NCBI RefSeq assembly: GCF_902713615.1
Contig: NW_024055427.1
Location: forward strand, 248,001-312,000
Length of the DNA: 64,000 bases
Direction of reading: 5' to 3'
DNA from: Scyliorhinus canicula
Taxonomy: Eukaryota
A program made the translations under genes and the position numbers. How positions within the stretch are numbered: the first letter of the stretch is position 1; each line of letters begins with the position of its first letter. The notes under the pieces are model-generated. The model made no database searches. It was not told the origin of the DNA and was given only the letters and a program-made list of their open reading frames with translations. Shown one piece after another: positions 45,327 to 58,249 of this stretch.

Positions 45327-46697
45327 CTAAGAGCAGGTGAATGGCCTCTCCCCAGTGTGAACTTGCTGGTGTGTCTGCAGACTGGATAATTGTGTGAATC
45401 CATTCCCACAGAGGGAGCAGGTGAATGGCTTCTCCCCAGTGTGAACTCGCTGATGTCTCTGCAGGATGGATGAATCAATAAATCCCTTCCCACACTGAGA
45501 GCAGGTGAATGGCTTCTCCCCAGTGTGAATTCGTTGGTGTGTCTGCAGACTGGATAAATCACTGAATGCGTTCCCACACTGACAGCAGGTGAACAGCTTC
45601 TCTCCAGTGTGAACTCGCAGATGGTTCCTTAGGTTGGATGAAGCTCGGAATCTCTGCCCACAGTGAGAGCAGGTGAATGGCTTCTCCCCAGTGTGAACTC
45701 TCTGGTGTGTCTGCAGACTGGATGACTGAGTGAATCCCTTCCCACAGTTAGAGCAGATGAACGGGCGCTCACCAGTGTGAACTCGCTGATGGATCCGCAG
45801 GTTGGGTAAATCCCGGAATCCCTTCCCACACTGAGAGCAGCTGAATGGCCTCTCCCCAGTGTGAACTCGCTGGTGTGTCTGCAGGATGGATAACTGAGTA
45901 AAACCTTTCCCACACTGAGAGCAGGTGAACGGCCTCTCCCCAGTGTGAATTCGCTGATGTGTCTGCATGGTGGATAAATCACTGAATCCCTTCCCACACT
46001 GAGAGCAGGTGAATGGCCTCTCCCCAGTGTGAATTTGCTGATGTCTCTGCAGGGTGAATGAATCAATGAATCCCTTCCCACACTGAGAGCAGGTGAACGG
46101 CCTCTCCGTAGTGTGAACTCGCTGATGTCTCCTCAGGGTAGATGAATCAATGAATCCCTTCCCACACTGAGAGCAGGTGAATGGCCTCTCCCCAGTGTGA
46201 ACTCGCCGGTGTTTCCGCAGGGTGGATGAATCAATAAATCCCTTCCCACACTGAGAACAGGTGAATGGTCTCTCCCTAGTGTGAACTCGCTGGTGTGACT
46301 GCAGGTTGGATAAAGTATGGAATCCCTTCCCACACTGAGAGCAGGTGAATGGCCTCTCCCCAGTGTGAAGTCGCTGATGTCTCCGCAGGTTGGATAAAGC
46401 ACGGAATCTCTGCCCACACTGAGAGCAGGTGAACGGCTTCTCCCCAGTGTGAACTCGCTGGTGTGACTGCAGGCTGGATAAATCAATTAATCCTTTTCCA
46501 CACTGAGAGCAGGTGAATGGTTTCTCCCCAGTGTGAACTCGCTGGTGTGCCTGCAGGTGCGATAACCGAGTGAACCCCTGCCCACACTGAGAGCAGGTGA
46601 ATGGCCTCTCCCCAGTGTGACTGCGTCGATGAGTCTCCAGCTCAGATGGGAATCTGTATTCCTTCCCACAGTCCCCACATTTCCACGGTTTCTCCAT
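45327..46697 (-). CDS. C2H2 zinc-finger protein Z2, 16 fingers, no effector domain seen
   Basis: AACATGG start ([10 protein letters not shown]), 16 canonical fingers, TAG at 45327-45329; acceptor at 47044-47045. Confidence 0.88.
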   Translation of the reverse strand: MEKPWKCGDCGKEYRFPSELETHRRSHTGERPFTCSQCGQGFTRLSHLQAHQRVHTGEKPFTCSQCGKGLIDLSSLQSHQRVHTGEKPFTCSQCGQRFRALSNLRRHQRLHTGERPFTCSQCGKGFHTLSNLQSHQRVHTRERPFTCSQCGKGFIDSSTLRKHRRVHTGERPFTCSQCGKGFIDSSTLRRHQRVHTTERPFTCSQCGKGFIDSFTLQRHQQIHTGERPFTCSQCGKGFSDLSTMQTHQRIHTGERPFTCSQCGKGFTQLSILQTHQRVHTGERPFSCSQCGKGFRDLPNLRIHQRVHTGERPFICSNCGKGFTQSSSLQTHQRVHTGEKPFTCSHCGQRFRASSNLRNHLRVHTGEKLFTCCQCGNAFSDLSSLQTHQRIHTGEKPFTCSQCGKGFIDSSILQRHQRVHTGEKPFTCSLCGNGFTQLSSLQTHQQVHTGERPFTCS

Positions 46698-47159
46698 GTT
46701 TTGGGTCTCGCCGTGTCTCTCCAGATTGGACAATCAGCGGAAGCCTTGTCCACACACAGAACATGTGCACTGTCGCTCCTCACTGTGAATGGTGTGACGT
46801 TTTCTCAGACTGTGTCATAGTTGAAGCTCTTTCCACAGTCAGTTCGCTGGAACACTCTCACTCGGGTGTGCGTTGTGTGGGTCTCGGTGCTTTTCCCGTC
46901 ACACTCACGTTTAAAACCTTTTGAAGCCGACAGATCGGACAAACATTTCTCCTACTCGCCGATGATATTCAGATCAAAAGGAATCGTTTGAGTTTGACGT
47001 GATGTTTGAGACGTCTGTCTGCGATTCCTCCTCTTCCAATATCCTTTAAAAACAATTTATAAAAGTTATCATTGTTGGCACAGGATAGAAATTCGGAGAA
47101 GACAATTCTAGTTTCTATGGAACATTATTTCCTCTCTTGTGTTCGAGCTTCTGAGTTAG

Positions 47160-47480
47160 AACATAGAACATACAGTGAAGAAGGAGGCCATTCGGCCCAT
47201 CGAGTCTGCACCAACCCATTTAAGCCCTCACTTCCATCTTATCCCCACATCTGAAGAACCCCTCCTAACCTTTTTGGTCATTCAGGGCAATTTATCATGG
47301 CCAATCCACTTCACCTGCACGTCTTTGGACTGTGGGAGGAAACCGGAGCACCCGGAGGAAACTCACACAGACACGGGGAGAATGTGCAGACTCCGAACAG
47401 ACAGTGACCCAGCGGGGAATCGAACCTGGGACCCTAGCGCTGTGAAGCCACAGTGCTACCCACTTGAATTACCGTGCTGC
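47160..47480 (-). mobile_element. HE1-type SINE with CR1 tail
   Basis: ACATAGAACATA tail, HE1 core and head; further copies at ~48880-49085, ~49570-49775, ~49970-50300. Confidence 0.8.
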
Positions 47481-49807
47481 CCGTTGCTGCAGAATAAAGG
47501 AGGCAAGAGCTCTGTTTCTCCACAAACACCTTTGTTTCTTTGATCCAACTTCACACACAAATCTCCATGAACAAATAGTGTCTCCTGTAACCCCTTTATG
47601 TCTCAGTGACTTCATTTGGATAATTGACATCAAATTAGTGTTTAATTGGAAAGTCCATTCCTATCATCTTGTTCTCCAAAGTCTGTAAATCTCCATCCCA
47701 CACAATCTCCCTCCATTCTCACTCTGCTGTATCTACTGTTCACTCTCCCAATTCTCCTGAAGGTGCTGATTCATTTAAATTCACAAAAGTCATCAGTTAG
47801 TACAGGATAGAAATTCACAGGAACGTCATTGCAATGTATGCCTACCTGTGACAATCATAGAACATAGAACAGTACAGCACAGAACAGGCCCTTCGGCCCT
47901 CAATGTTGTGCCGAGCCATGATCACCCTACTCAAACCCACGTATCCACCCTATACCCGTAACCCAACAACCCCCCCCTTAACCTTACTTTTTTTATTAGG
48001 ACACTACGGGCAATTTAGCATAGCCAATCCACCTAACCCAATCAAGATCATTGTTATTAAAATTCAGGACAATTCTAGTTCTTATGGAACATAATTTTCT
48101 CTCGTTCTCTAAAAACTGTAAATCTCCACAATCTCCCTCCATTCTCACTCTGCTGTATCTAATATTCACCCTCCCAATTCTCCTGAAGGTGCGGATTCAT
48201 GTTGATTGACAGATCCAAGCTCAGCTCACTGCTTCCTGACCAGGACACAGAGATTAGAATAGGAGCAAGAGTAGGCCATTCGGCCCACCGAGTCTGTTCA
48301 ACCATTCAATGAGATCCTTGGCCGATCTACCTCAGCACCATTTTCCCACACGATCCCCATATCCCTCGATATCTTCAATATCTAGAAACCTGTCAATATT
48401 TGTCTTGAACATACCTGATGACTGAGGCTCCACATTCTTCTGGGATAGAGAATTCAAAAGCTTCACCACATCCTCGAGTGAAGAAATCCATAATCTCAGC
48501 TTTCACTATTTTCCTACCTGTTCCCCATAACCCTGAACTCCAATGTCAATAAAATATCTGTCCAACTTGTGCTTCAATATATTCAATGGCCCCCAGATAC
48601 AACTGGTCCCTGTGGAAGAGAAATCCAAAGACTAACAACCCTCTGAGGGAAGAGATGACTGGAAATCTACAACGTAGCTATATTCTTATATTACAAGAAG
48701 AGAAATAATAATATGTTTACTTTATTACAGAACGATAAATAATATATCTAATCTGTACCATATAACAACACGAGACATATCTCTGTCCATTATCAATTTA
48801 CTTTCCCCTGAAATGTCAGCCATCTGCTGGGGAACCCATCCCTTTAATTGTGAACATTAGGAAAGAGACAATCCTTTTTTTAAATAAATTTCGAGTGACC
48901 AATTATTTTTTTCCATTAAGGTCAATTTAGCGTGGCCAAACCACCTACCCTGCACATCTTTGGGTTGTGGATGTGAGACGCACACAGACATGGGGAGAAT
49001 GTGCAAACTCCACACAGACAGTGACCCAGAAATGGGATCGAACACGGGTCCTTGGTGCCGTGAGGCAGCAGTGCTAACCACGGTGCGATCAAAGATCATT
49101 CTTTTAGTCAGACAAATAAATGTGTCAACCTGTTCAGGAGATGGGTCGGAGGGGTTGGAAACACTTTGTGGAGCTCCTAGCCTACATGAAAATATTTGTT
49201 TTCCAATTAATGTGGTTCTAGTTTGGGCTAAAATCATCAATGAGGACTCTGATCTCTGGTAAAGAAGGAAACCCTGGCAGGTGGGCGGGGAGGATTCACA
49301 AACACCCGCTGGAGGCCCCAAACCCCCAATAAGACCCATTGATTTTATTGTCAGTCTGCAGACAGAGCTGGAGAACTGAACCCAGGCAGAGGAGAGGGAG
49401 AGAGAAAACTGGGAGTGGAGGAAAGAGATGGTGAGATGGGTTTGGATTTCAGCCCAGGGAGGAGGGAGTGTGTGGGACAGGGGAAAATGTTCCGGAGAAA
49501 CTAGAATTCTCGGTTCAGAATTTCTATCCTGGATTGGCAGTTATGACTTTTGCTTATTTTTAATTTTTAATTTTTTTTTTAGATTACCCAATTCTCTTTC
49601 TCCCAATTGAAGCGTAATTTTAGCGAGGCCAATTCACCGACCCTGCGCATCTTTTTGGATTCTGGGGCTGAGTCCCACACAGACACGGGGATTATGTGCA
49701 AACTCCATACAGAGTGACCCGGGGCCGGGATCGAACCCGGGCCCTCGGCTAACGACTGAGCCACCGTACCTGCCCCTAGTGATGAGTTTTATAAATTTAT
49801 TTTACAG

Positions 49808-49955
49808 GATGTTACAAGGGGAGGATTTACAGATGGAAACTCAAATCAAACTTCACATCAAGATTTAACAGTCACTCCATTCATCAGGACCTGAATATCA
49901 TTGACCTGTGAATGTGGAAGAAGAAATGTTTGTCTGTTCTGTCTGTAGGAAAAAA
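49808..49955 (+). pseudogene. Aborted zinc-finger gene terminal exon (leader only)
   Basis: Family pre-acceptor module at 49350-49560, TTTACAG|GATG acceptor, ATGTTTGTCTGTTCTGTCTGT then interrupted by HE1. Confidence 0.62.
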
Positions 49956-50569
49956 TTTTCTTTTGAAAAAAATAAATTTAGAGTGCCCAATTTTTTTTCC
50001 AATTCTGGGGCAATGTAGCCTGGGAAATTTAGCGTGACCAATCCAATAAAAGTTTATTGGATAAGCACATGGATGATAATGGCATAGTGTAGGTTAGATG
50101 GCCTTTAGTTTTTGACTTCCCATGTCGGTGCAACATCGTGGGCCGAAGGGCCTGTACTGCGCTGTATCGTTCTATGTTCTAATCCACCTACCCTGAACAT
50201 CTTTGGGTTGTGGAGGCGAGACCCACACAGACACGGTAAGAATGTGCAACTCCACAGTGACCTGGGGCCGGCATCGATACCAGTTCCTCAGCGCCATAGG
50301 TAAGACTGCTAAAGTTCTCCTGACATGGGTCTCTGCGTGACTGAACAGAGCCGCACATGGGGTCAGATATCCATTGAGTTAGTGGGATCCATGGGGCACA
50401 ATTTGCTTGTTTCTTTACTTCTCTGTTGCTACTCTGATCAACAATTAGATATCTGCGTCTGTGCAAACCGGGGTAATGGGAAGTCAAGTACCCAGGACAA
50501 AAGTTAATGCAGTTTGCTGGCCAGTCTGTCTCCATTCTGAACAATGTGGAACAAGCTTCTCCCAGTCAT

Positions 50570-51070
50570 TGAAAATGTTGCCCCCAACAAACATGGCGGC
50601 CGCACATGCGCTCTGTTGCTCATTGTCCCGAGTAAAGATGGCGGTCGTTACCCCGAACCGTTCACTGGACCCTCGCGGCCCCGCTCCGTGAAATGGGGGA
50701 ACTAGGAAGTGATTTTTCCGGGTATGGGCTTGCACAACATGTTTGGAAAACGTCTCCACCCTCCAGCCAGGTCCACCGCTCCCGCGTTCCACAATATTCC
50801 TCTTACCCTTTGTGAATCCGAAAGAACAGCTTCTCTCCGTCGCCATTACCCGCACTGCGCATGCTTCAGTCGAAGTCCCACCCTCACTCACTCCGATTGG
50901 TTGGAGGACCAACCTCCCCTCCATGTCCTCCAGCCCCACTCCCTCCTACTATTGATCTGGAGCTGCTGTCAATCACTCCCCAGGCATTGTGATGTGGGGC
51001 ATGCGCATTGCGGCTTAGGTCCAGGGACAGACGCTTGTTTGTCTCATCTTCAGGCGGGAAGGAGGCGGAT
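50570..51070. promoter_or_regulatory. Candidate bidirectional CpG promoter between Z2 (-) and Z3 (+)
   Basis: AAGATGGCGG and AACATGGCGG (YY1-like), TGCGCATGC and GCATGCGCA (NRF1-like), ATTGG; homologous to the 27.3-kb module. Confidence 0.7.
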
Positions 51071-51898
51071 AAGTGGAGGCAGCGTTAGGGGCAGTGGGTG
51101 GGAGGGGAGGCTTCATACACACCCAGTGGGGGCCTCAACACCCCCAATAACAAACTAGCCGCACCGCCTCAACACCCAACACAACGGCAGCTGCCGCTTT
51201 CTCCCGGTGCCAGGCCCCAGTGGACAAATGTGGCTTCAGGAAGGAAATGCAGCAATGGATTTGTTCAGGAGAAATTATCTTTCACTCACTTTACTGATCC
51301 TGGAGCAGGAGGAGTGAATGGGGACAATTTCTATCCTGCTCTCACACAGATGGATTTGTTAATGCAGGTGTTAGAATTTAAATTCAAGAGATAATCTGGA
51401 ATTCAAAGCTGCACTCAGTATTAATGACCTTGAAACCATTGTGGTGAGTGTGTGGGAAGGGGAAAGTGTGGGGCTGGGATTTGCAGCTTTGGGAAACGAG
51501 AGAAACAATTATTCCCCAGAAAGTAGAATTATCTGTTCTGAATTTCTGACCTGTGTAAACTGATTTTACAGGGTTACAAGGAATGGATTGACAGAGTGGA
51601 AACTCAAATCAATCATCAAATCAAGATCTGACACTCACTCTGATCAGGGTCTGAATGTCATCAACTTTTGAATGTGGAAGGAGAAATGTTTGTTCTGTCT
51701 GTGGGAAAAGATTTCAAACATAAGTGTGACTGGAAAAGCACAAAGACACACACACACCCGAGTCAGAGTGTTCCAGTGAACTGACTGTGGAAAGAGCTTC
51801 AACCAGTTACACAGCCTTGAAAACACCACACCATTCACAGCTCGGAGAAACTGCACACATGTTCTGTGTGTGGAAGAAGCTTCAACTGATCGTCCAAA

Positions 51899-52894
51899 AT
51901 GGAGAGACACAAGGATGCCGGCACCATTGAGAAACCGTGGAAATGTGGGGATTGTGGGAAAGGATTCAGTTACCCATCTGAGCTGGAAACTCATCACCGC
52001 AGTCACACCGGGGAGAGACCATTCACCTGTTCCGAGTGTGGAAAGGGATTCACTCGACTAACACATCTGACTGCACACCAACTTGTTCACTCTGACATGA
52101 GACCTTTTAAATGTTCCGATTGTGAGAAGAGCTTTAAAAACAAATTTAATCTTCTGACACACCAGCGTGTTCACACTGGGGAGAGGCCGTTCACTTGTTC
52201 TGAATGTGGGAAGAGATTCGCTCAGTTATCCAGCCTTTTGACACACCAGCGAATGCACAGCGGGGAGAAACCATTCACGTGCACTGAATGTGGGAAGGGA
52301 TTCGCTCAGTTATCCAACCTTCTGACACACCAGAGAATTCACACTGGAGAGAAACCATTCACCTGTCCTGAGTGTGGGGTGACATTCGCTCAGTTATGCA
52401 AACTTTTGGATCATCAGCGGGTTCACACTGGGGAGAGACCATTCCCCTGCTGTGTGTGTGGGAAGGGATTCGCTCAGTCATCCACCCTGCTGAGACACCA
52501 GCGCATTCACGCTGGGGTGAGACAGTTCATCTGCTCTGAATGTGGGAAGGGATTCACTCAGTCTGCCCAACTCGCCTCACACCAACGTGTTCACTCTGAC
52601 ATGAGACCTTTTAAATGTTCCACCTGTGAGAAGAGCTTTAAAGGCAAAATGGATCTGCTGATTCACCAGCGCAGTCACACTGGAGAGAGGCCGTTCACCT
52701 GCTCCGTGTGTGGGAAGGGATTCACTCAGCAGTCCCTCCGGCAGAAACACCAGCGCATTCACACCAGGGAGACATTATTCATCTGCTCTGTGTGTGGGAA
52801 AGGATTCACTCATTCATTCACCCTGCAGAAACACCAGCGAGTTCACAAGAGGTTGGATTCTGTTATTGCTGCTGTTAATCACATCCAGGACTGA
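51899..52894 (+). CDS. C2H2 zinc-finger protein Z3, 11 fingers, no effector domain seen
   Basis: Acceptor at 51571, ATG 51899, 11 canonical fingers, AATAAA at 52985. Confidence 0.88.
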   Translation: MERHKDAGTIEKPWKCGDCGKGFSYPSELETHHRSHTGERPFTCSECGKGFTRLTHLTAHQLVHSDMRPFKCSDCEKSFKNKFNLLTHQRVHTGERPFTCSECGKRFAQLSSLLTHQRMHSGEKPFTCTECGKGFAQLSNLLTHQRIHTGEKPFTCPECGVTFAQLCKLLDHQRVHTGERPFPCCVCGKGFAQSSTLLRHQRIHAGVRQFICSECGKGFTQSAQLASHQRVHSDMRPFKCSTCEKSFKGKMDLLIHQRSHTGERPFTCSVCGKGFTQQSLRQKHQRIHTRETLFICSVCGKGFTHSFTLQKHQRVHKRLDSVIAAVNHIQD

Positions 52895-53040
52895 GCCGTG
52901 TTCACTCGGACAGTTGGAGTTTGTTTCAGTTGATGTTAATCATTCCTGTGACTCAGCCGAAGTTTAATATTCTGGATATAGATTAATAAAATTAGCCTTG
53001 TGTAAACGACAATGTTCGAGTCCTTGATTTCTCTAAGATC

Positions 53041-53216
53041 GGGGCTGGTTTAGCACATTGCTGGCTTTGAAAGCAGACCAAGGCAGGCCAGCAGCACGGT
53101 TCAATTCCTGTACCAGCCTCCCCGAACAGGCGCCAGAATGTGGTGACTAGGGGCTTTTCACAGTAACTTAATTTGAAGCCTATTTGTGACAATAAGCAAT
53201 TTTCATTTTCATTTTC
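53041..53216 (+). mobile_element. tRNA-derived SINE
   Basis: GGGGCTGGTTTAGCAC head through CATTTT tail. Confidence 0.85.
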
Positions 53217-54201
53217 AGATAGGAGGAGACTGATTGATGAACTGTTACCGATTGTTCCATTGTTGTGTCTTTTCTGATTTGTTCTGTATGATGTGGTAAA
53301 GTAAAGAGTAAGACCAGAGAGAAAGGTAAGAATATGGGAAATGATAAACAGACTGTGGCAGGAAGAGACGGAGAGAACACATTTAAAATTACATCAGATA
53401 AACGCTACAAAAATAATAAAAGAACAAAACCAAAGGCTCTGCAGCAAAACACAAGTAGCATTTGAAACAAAACTGATGAATTGGCAGCACCTATAGAAAT
53501 AAGTAAGTACGATCTGATGGCCATTCAGAGAAATAGATTGGGACCTGAATTGTTTTATATTCATTCGTGGTATGTGGGTGTCGCTGGTCAGTCCAACATT
53601 TATTGCACATCATCCATTTCCCTTCAAAAGGTGGTGGTGAGCTGAATATTGTAGTGTATGTGAACTTTAGGAAGGACAGAAATCTCGGAAAAGGTGGAAG
53701 AGCAGCTCTGTTAATTATTGATGGTGTCCGCACATTAGACAGGGATGATCTAAGCTCAGGAAACCAGGATATAGGAGTGGTTTGGTTTGAGATGAAAAAT
53801 GGTTAAGGCAAGAATTTACTTCTGGGAGTGGTGTGCAGACCTCCTAATTGTAACGGCACAGTAGGACAGAGTGTTAAGGAAGAGATAATGGGAGTCTGTC
53901 AGAAAAGGTACAGCGATAATCAAAGGGGATTTTACTCGACTTATAGACTGGAAACATAAGTTTGTTGAAGGTAGCATAGGTGAGTTCACAGAATGTTTTT
54001 TGCGATAGTTTCTACAATCAGCACATTTTGGAGCCAACCAGAGGTCAGGTAACACCAGGCTGGGTATTGTGCAACAAAGATTAATTGATAACCTCATGGT
54101 GAAGGCATCCCCAGGTAACAGTGATCATAATATGATTGAATTTGACATGCAGTTTGAGGGGAAGAAGATTGAGTCCAAGACAATAAGTTTAGCTTCAATA
54201 A

Positions 54202-55551
54202 TTCGGTTGTGGGTAAAATGTTGGAAAAGGTTATAAGCGATAGGGTTTATAATCATCTTGAAAAGAACAAGTTGATTAGCGATACTCAACACGGTTTTGT
54301 GAAGGGTAGGTCATGCCTCACAAACCTTATTGAGTTTTTTGAGAAGGTGACCAAACAGGTGGATCAGGGTAAAGCTGTTGATGTGGTGCATATGGATTTC
54401 AGTAAGGCGTTTGATAAGGTTCCCCACGGTAGGCTATTGCAGAAAATAAGGAAGTATGGAATTGAAGGTGATTTAGCGGTTTGGATCAGTAATTGGCTAG
54501 CTGAAAGAAGACAGAGGGTGGTGGTTGATGGCAAATATTTATCCTGGAGTTCAGTTACTAGTGGTGTACCGCAAGGATCTGTTTTGGGGCCACTGCTGTT
54601 TGTCATTTTTATAAATGACCTGGAAGAGGGTGTAGAAGGATGGGTTAGTAAATTTGCAGATGACACGAAGTTCGGTGGAGTTGTGGATAGTGCTGAAGGA
54701 TGTTATAGGATACAGAGGGACATAGATAAGCTGCAGAGCTGGGCTGAGAGGTGGCAGATGGAGTTTAATGCGGAAAAGTGTGAGGTGGTTCACTTTGGAA
54801 GGAGTAACAGAAATGCAGAGTACTGGGCTAATGGCAAGATTCTTGGTAGTGTAGATGAACAGAGAGATCTCGGCATCCAGGTACATAAATCCCTGAAAGT
54901 TGCCACCCAGGTTAATAGGGCTGTTAAGAAGGCATATGGTGTGCTAGCCTTTATAAGCAGGGGGATTGAGTTTCGGAACCACAAGGTCATGCTGCAGCTG
55001 TACATAACTCTGGTGCGGCCGCACCTGGAGTACTGCGTGCAGTTCTGGTCACCACATTATAGGAAGGATGTGGAAGCTTTGGAAAGGGTTCAGAGGAGAT
55101 TTACTAGGATGTTGCCTGGTATGGAGGGAAGGTCTTATGAGGAAAGGCTCAGGGAATTGAGGTTGTTTTCGTTAGAGAGGAGAAGGCTGAGAGGTGACTT
55201 AATAGAGACATATAAGATAGTCAGAGGGTTAGATAGGGTGGACAGTGAGAGTCTTTTTCCTCGGATGGTGATGACCAACACGAGGGGACATAGCTTTGAA
55301 TTGAGGGGGTGGTAGATATAGGACAGATGTCAGAGGCAGTTTCTTTACTCAGAGAGTAGTAGGGGTGTGGAACGCCCTGCCTGCAACAGTAGTAGACTCG
55401 CCAACTTTAAGGGCATTTAAGTGGTCACTGGATAGACATATGGATGAAAATGGAATAGTGTAGGACAGATTGGCTTCAGATGGTTTCACAGGTCGGCGCA
55501 ACATCGAGGGCCGAAGGGCCCCTACTGCGCTGTAGTGTTCTATGTTCTATG
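54202..55551 (+). mobile_element. Young 5'-truncated CR1
   Basis: RT ORF 54209-55315, frameshift near 55305; (TTCTATG)n tail; AATAA repeated at both junctions. Confidence 0.9.
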
Positions 55552-56058
55552 TTATAATAAGAGCAATTATGAGGGCATCAAAGCAGAGCTAGCTACAATG
55601 AACTTTAAAATGAGCTTGTGTGTCAGGTCAATAGAGATTCAGTAGCAGACATTGAAAGAGATATTTCAGTATAAACAGAATAGATACATTCTCATGAGAA
55701 TGGAAAATTCCAAGGGGAGGACACAGCATCTGTCTTTAACTAAAAAAGTTAAAGACATATCAATGTTTTTTTACAAAGCATGCAACAGCGCAAAGGCAGA
55801 TAGCAGGTCAGAACATTGGGCAGAATATAAAGCATCAAATATAAACACAAAAATATTAATAATGAGGAAATAATTAGAGAACCAGAGAAAGCTGGCTAGA
55901 AATATAAAGACAGATAGAGTTTCAATAGATATTTGTGATAGTAAATAATTAAATTCTTCTTTCTTCCTTCTTTCTTCAAGTGAGTGTTGATGCTCTCGCA
56001 AGCAATCTGGGAAATTAACAATGGAAAGTAAAGTTATGGCAAATGAATTGAACAGGTA

Positions 56059-56463
56059 AAAGCAAATTACTGTGGATGCTGGAATCTGAAACAAAAGGGA
56101 AAATGCTGGAAAATCGCAGCAAGTCTGGCAGCATCTGTAGGGAGTCCGATGACTCTTTGTCAAAGCTAACAGACAGAGTGAGAAATATTTAGACTGTGGG
56201 GTGAGAATTGAAGTCATAGCCACAGAAACCCAGGGAAACCGGGTGCTAATGGCCACAGATACCAATGAGAAAGAGTGCTAATGGCAGTCCCCAGAGAGGA
56301 CAAAAGATGTGAAAGGTCAAACAGCAGGGAAACTACCATCAGAGGATGAACTGTAGGTGTGGGGGGAGGGGAAGGGGGAAGCAAAGAGGAGAAAGGTGCA
56401 GGAAAGAAAGAAATGGTAAAAGACAGTTAAAATGAAATGAAAACAAATGGGTTGAGGTGGGGC
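56059..56463 (-). mobile_element. Penelope-like terminal fragment with 15-bp TSD
   Basis: TGAATTGAACAGGTA at 56044-56058 and 56464-56478; decayed hammerhead TTTGACAAAGAGTCATCGGACTC on the minus strand. Confidence 0.7.
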
Positions 56464-56984
56464 TGAATTGAACAGGTATTTGCATCAGCCTTCACTGTAG
56501 AGGAATCAAGTAACATTTCAGAAATATCTGTAAATCAGCAAATGCAAGGGACAGAGGAACTCAGAAAAATTACAATCACCAGGGAAGTGTTAATGAGCAA
56601 TGTTTGAGTCTGCAGGCCGACAAAACCCCGGATTCGGGTCGACTTCACCATAAGATCTTGAAAGAAGCAGCTAATGAGAGAGTTGATGCACCCGTTTCAT
56701 TTTTCAAAATTTGCTCGATATAGAGATGAATCCATTAAATTGGAAAATAACAAAAGTAAAAGGGGGGGGGGGCAGATAGCTGGAAACGACAGGCCAGTTA
56801 ACTAAACATCTGTCATAGGGAACATGTTAGAAAAATTGACGGTAATCAGGCAGAGTCTACATGGTTTTGTGAAAGGCAAATCATGTTTAACCAATTTATC
56901 AGTTATTTGATGGAGTCACATGTACTGTGGCTAAAAGGGAACAGGTGAATGCACTGTCCTTAGATTTCCAGAAGGCATTTGACA

Positions 56985-57950
56985 AAATGAAATGAAATGA
57001 AAATCACTTATTTTCACAAATAGGCTTCAAATGAAGTTACTGTGAAAAGCCCCTAGTCGCCATATTCCGGCACCTGTTCAGGGAGGCTGTTACGCAAATT
57101 GAACCTGCTTGGTCTGCTTTCAATGCCAGTGATTTAGCCCTGTGCTAAACATAAGAAATAGGAAATAGGAGCAGGAGTAGGCCATCTGGCCCCTCGAGCC
57201 TGCTCCGCCATTCAATGAGATCATGGCTGATCTTTTGTGGACTCAGCTCCTATTGTAGAAAATAAAAACTCAGGATCCAACACCATAAGATATAGGAGCA
57301 GAATTAGGCCACTTGCCCCATCGAGTCTGCTCTGCCATTCAATCATGATATTTTCTCATCCCCATTCTTCTCCCTTCTGCCCGTAACTACTGATCCCCTT
57401 ATTAATCAAGAATCCTATCTATCTCTGTCTTAAAGACACTCAGTGATTTGGCCTCCACAGCCTTCTGCGGCAAAGAGTGCCACAGATTCACCACCCTCTG
57501 GCTAAAGAAATTCAACCTCATCTCTGTTTTAAAGAATTGTCCCTTTAGTCTGAGATTGTGTCCTCTGGTTCCAGTTTTCCAACAAGTGGAAACATCCTCT
57601 CCACATCCACACTATCCAGGCCTCACAATATCCTGTAAGTTTCAATAAGATCCCCCCTGATCCTTCTGAACTCCCAACCAGTACAGACCCAGTGTCATCA
57701 AGTTCTTCATTCCAGGGATCATTCTTGTGAACCTCCTATGGACCCTTTCCCAAGGCCAGCACATCGTTCCTTCGATACGGGGTCCAAAATTCCAAATGTT
57801 GTCTGACCAGAGCCTTGTACAGCCTCAGAAGTACATCCTTGCTCTTGTATTCTGGCCCTCTCGACATGAATGCTAACATTGCATTTGCCTTCCTAACTGC
57901 CCGTTGAACCTGCACGTTAACCTGAAGAGAATCTTGAATCGCATTGTCTT
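56985..57950 (-). mobile_element. tRNA-derived SINE (56985-57150) followed by nested CR1 3' fragments
   Basis: SINE match; two ATAGGAGCAG..TAGGCCA CR1 tails and RT C-terminal DNA. Confidence 0.75.
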
Positions 57951-58069
57951 TAAGAGAGAGGGAGAGCCCTTGTCCAACCTTTCCAGAGTCTGCACCCTCA
58001 CTGGATTCACTTCCTTTCCCTTCTGTTCCTGCAAGTCACAAATTTATCCCAGAACGAGAAAAGAAATGA

Positions 58070-58230
58070 TATGGAGATCCCTCCGCTGGACTGGGGTGGG
58101 CAAAGTCAAAAGTCTCACAACAGTCCAACAGGTTTATTTTAACTCACAAGCTTTCGGAGCGCTGCTCCCTCAAAAGCTTCTGATTTGAAATAAACCTGTG
58201 GTACTTTAAGCTGCTGTTGTGACTTGGAAA
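58070..58230. mobile_element. Penelope-like pLTR fragments in inverted arrangement
   Basis: Reverse copy of the 9560-9676 sequence abutting a forward tail fragment; hammerhead CUGA box lost. Confidence 0.6.
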
Positions 58231-58249
58231 AAGGGCAAGAATGGATTTC

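Larger units (their letters stand above)
53330..56985 (+). mobile_element. Old degenerate CR1 hosting younger insertions
   Basis: Decayed APE (YDLMAI, GVVCRPPN) and RT (HGFVKGKSCLTN) motifs either side of the inserts. Confidence 0.75.

Noticed and set aside
12735-55005. Antisense ORFs over CR1 RT (MSSANLLTHPS.., GPRTDPCGTP) and over finger arrays (GRDSL.., WEGIH..)
   Set aside because: Shadow frames of the real coding sequences
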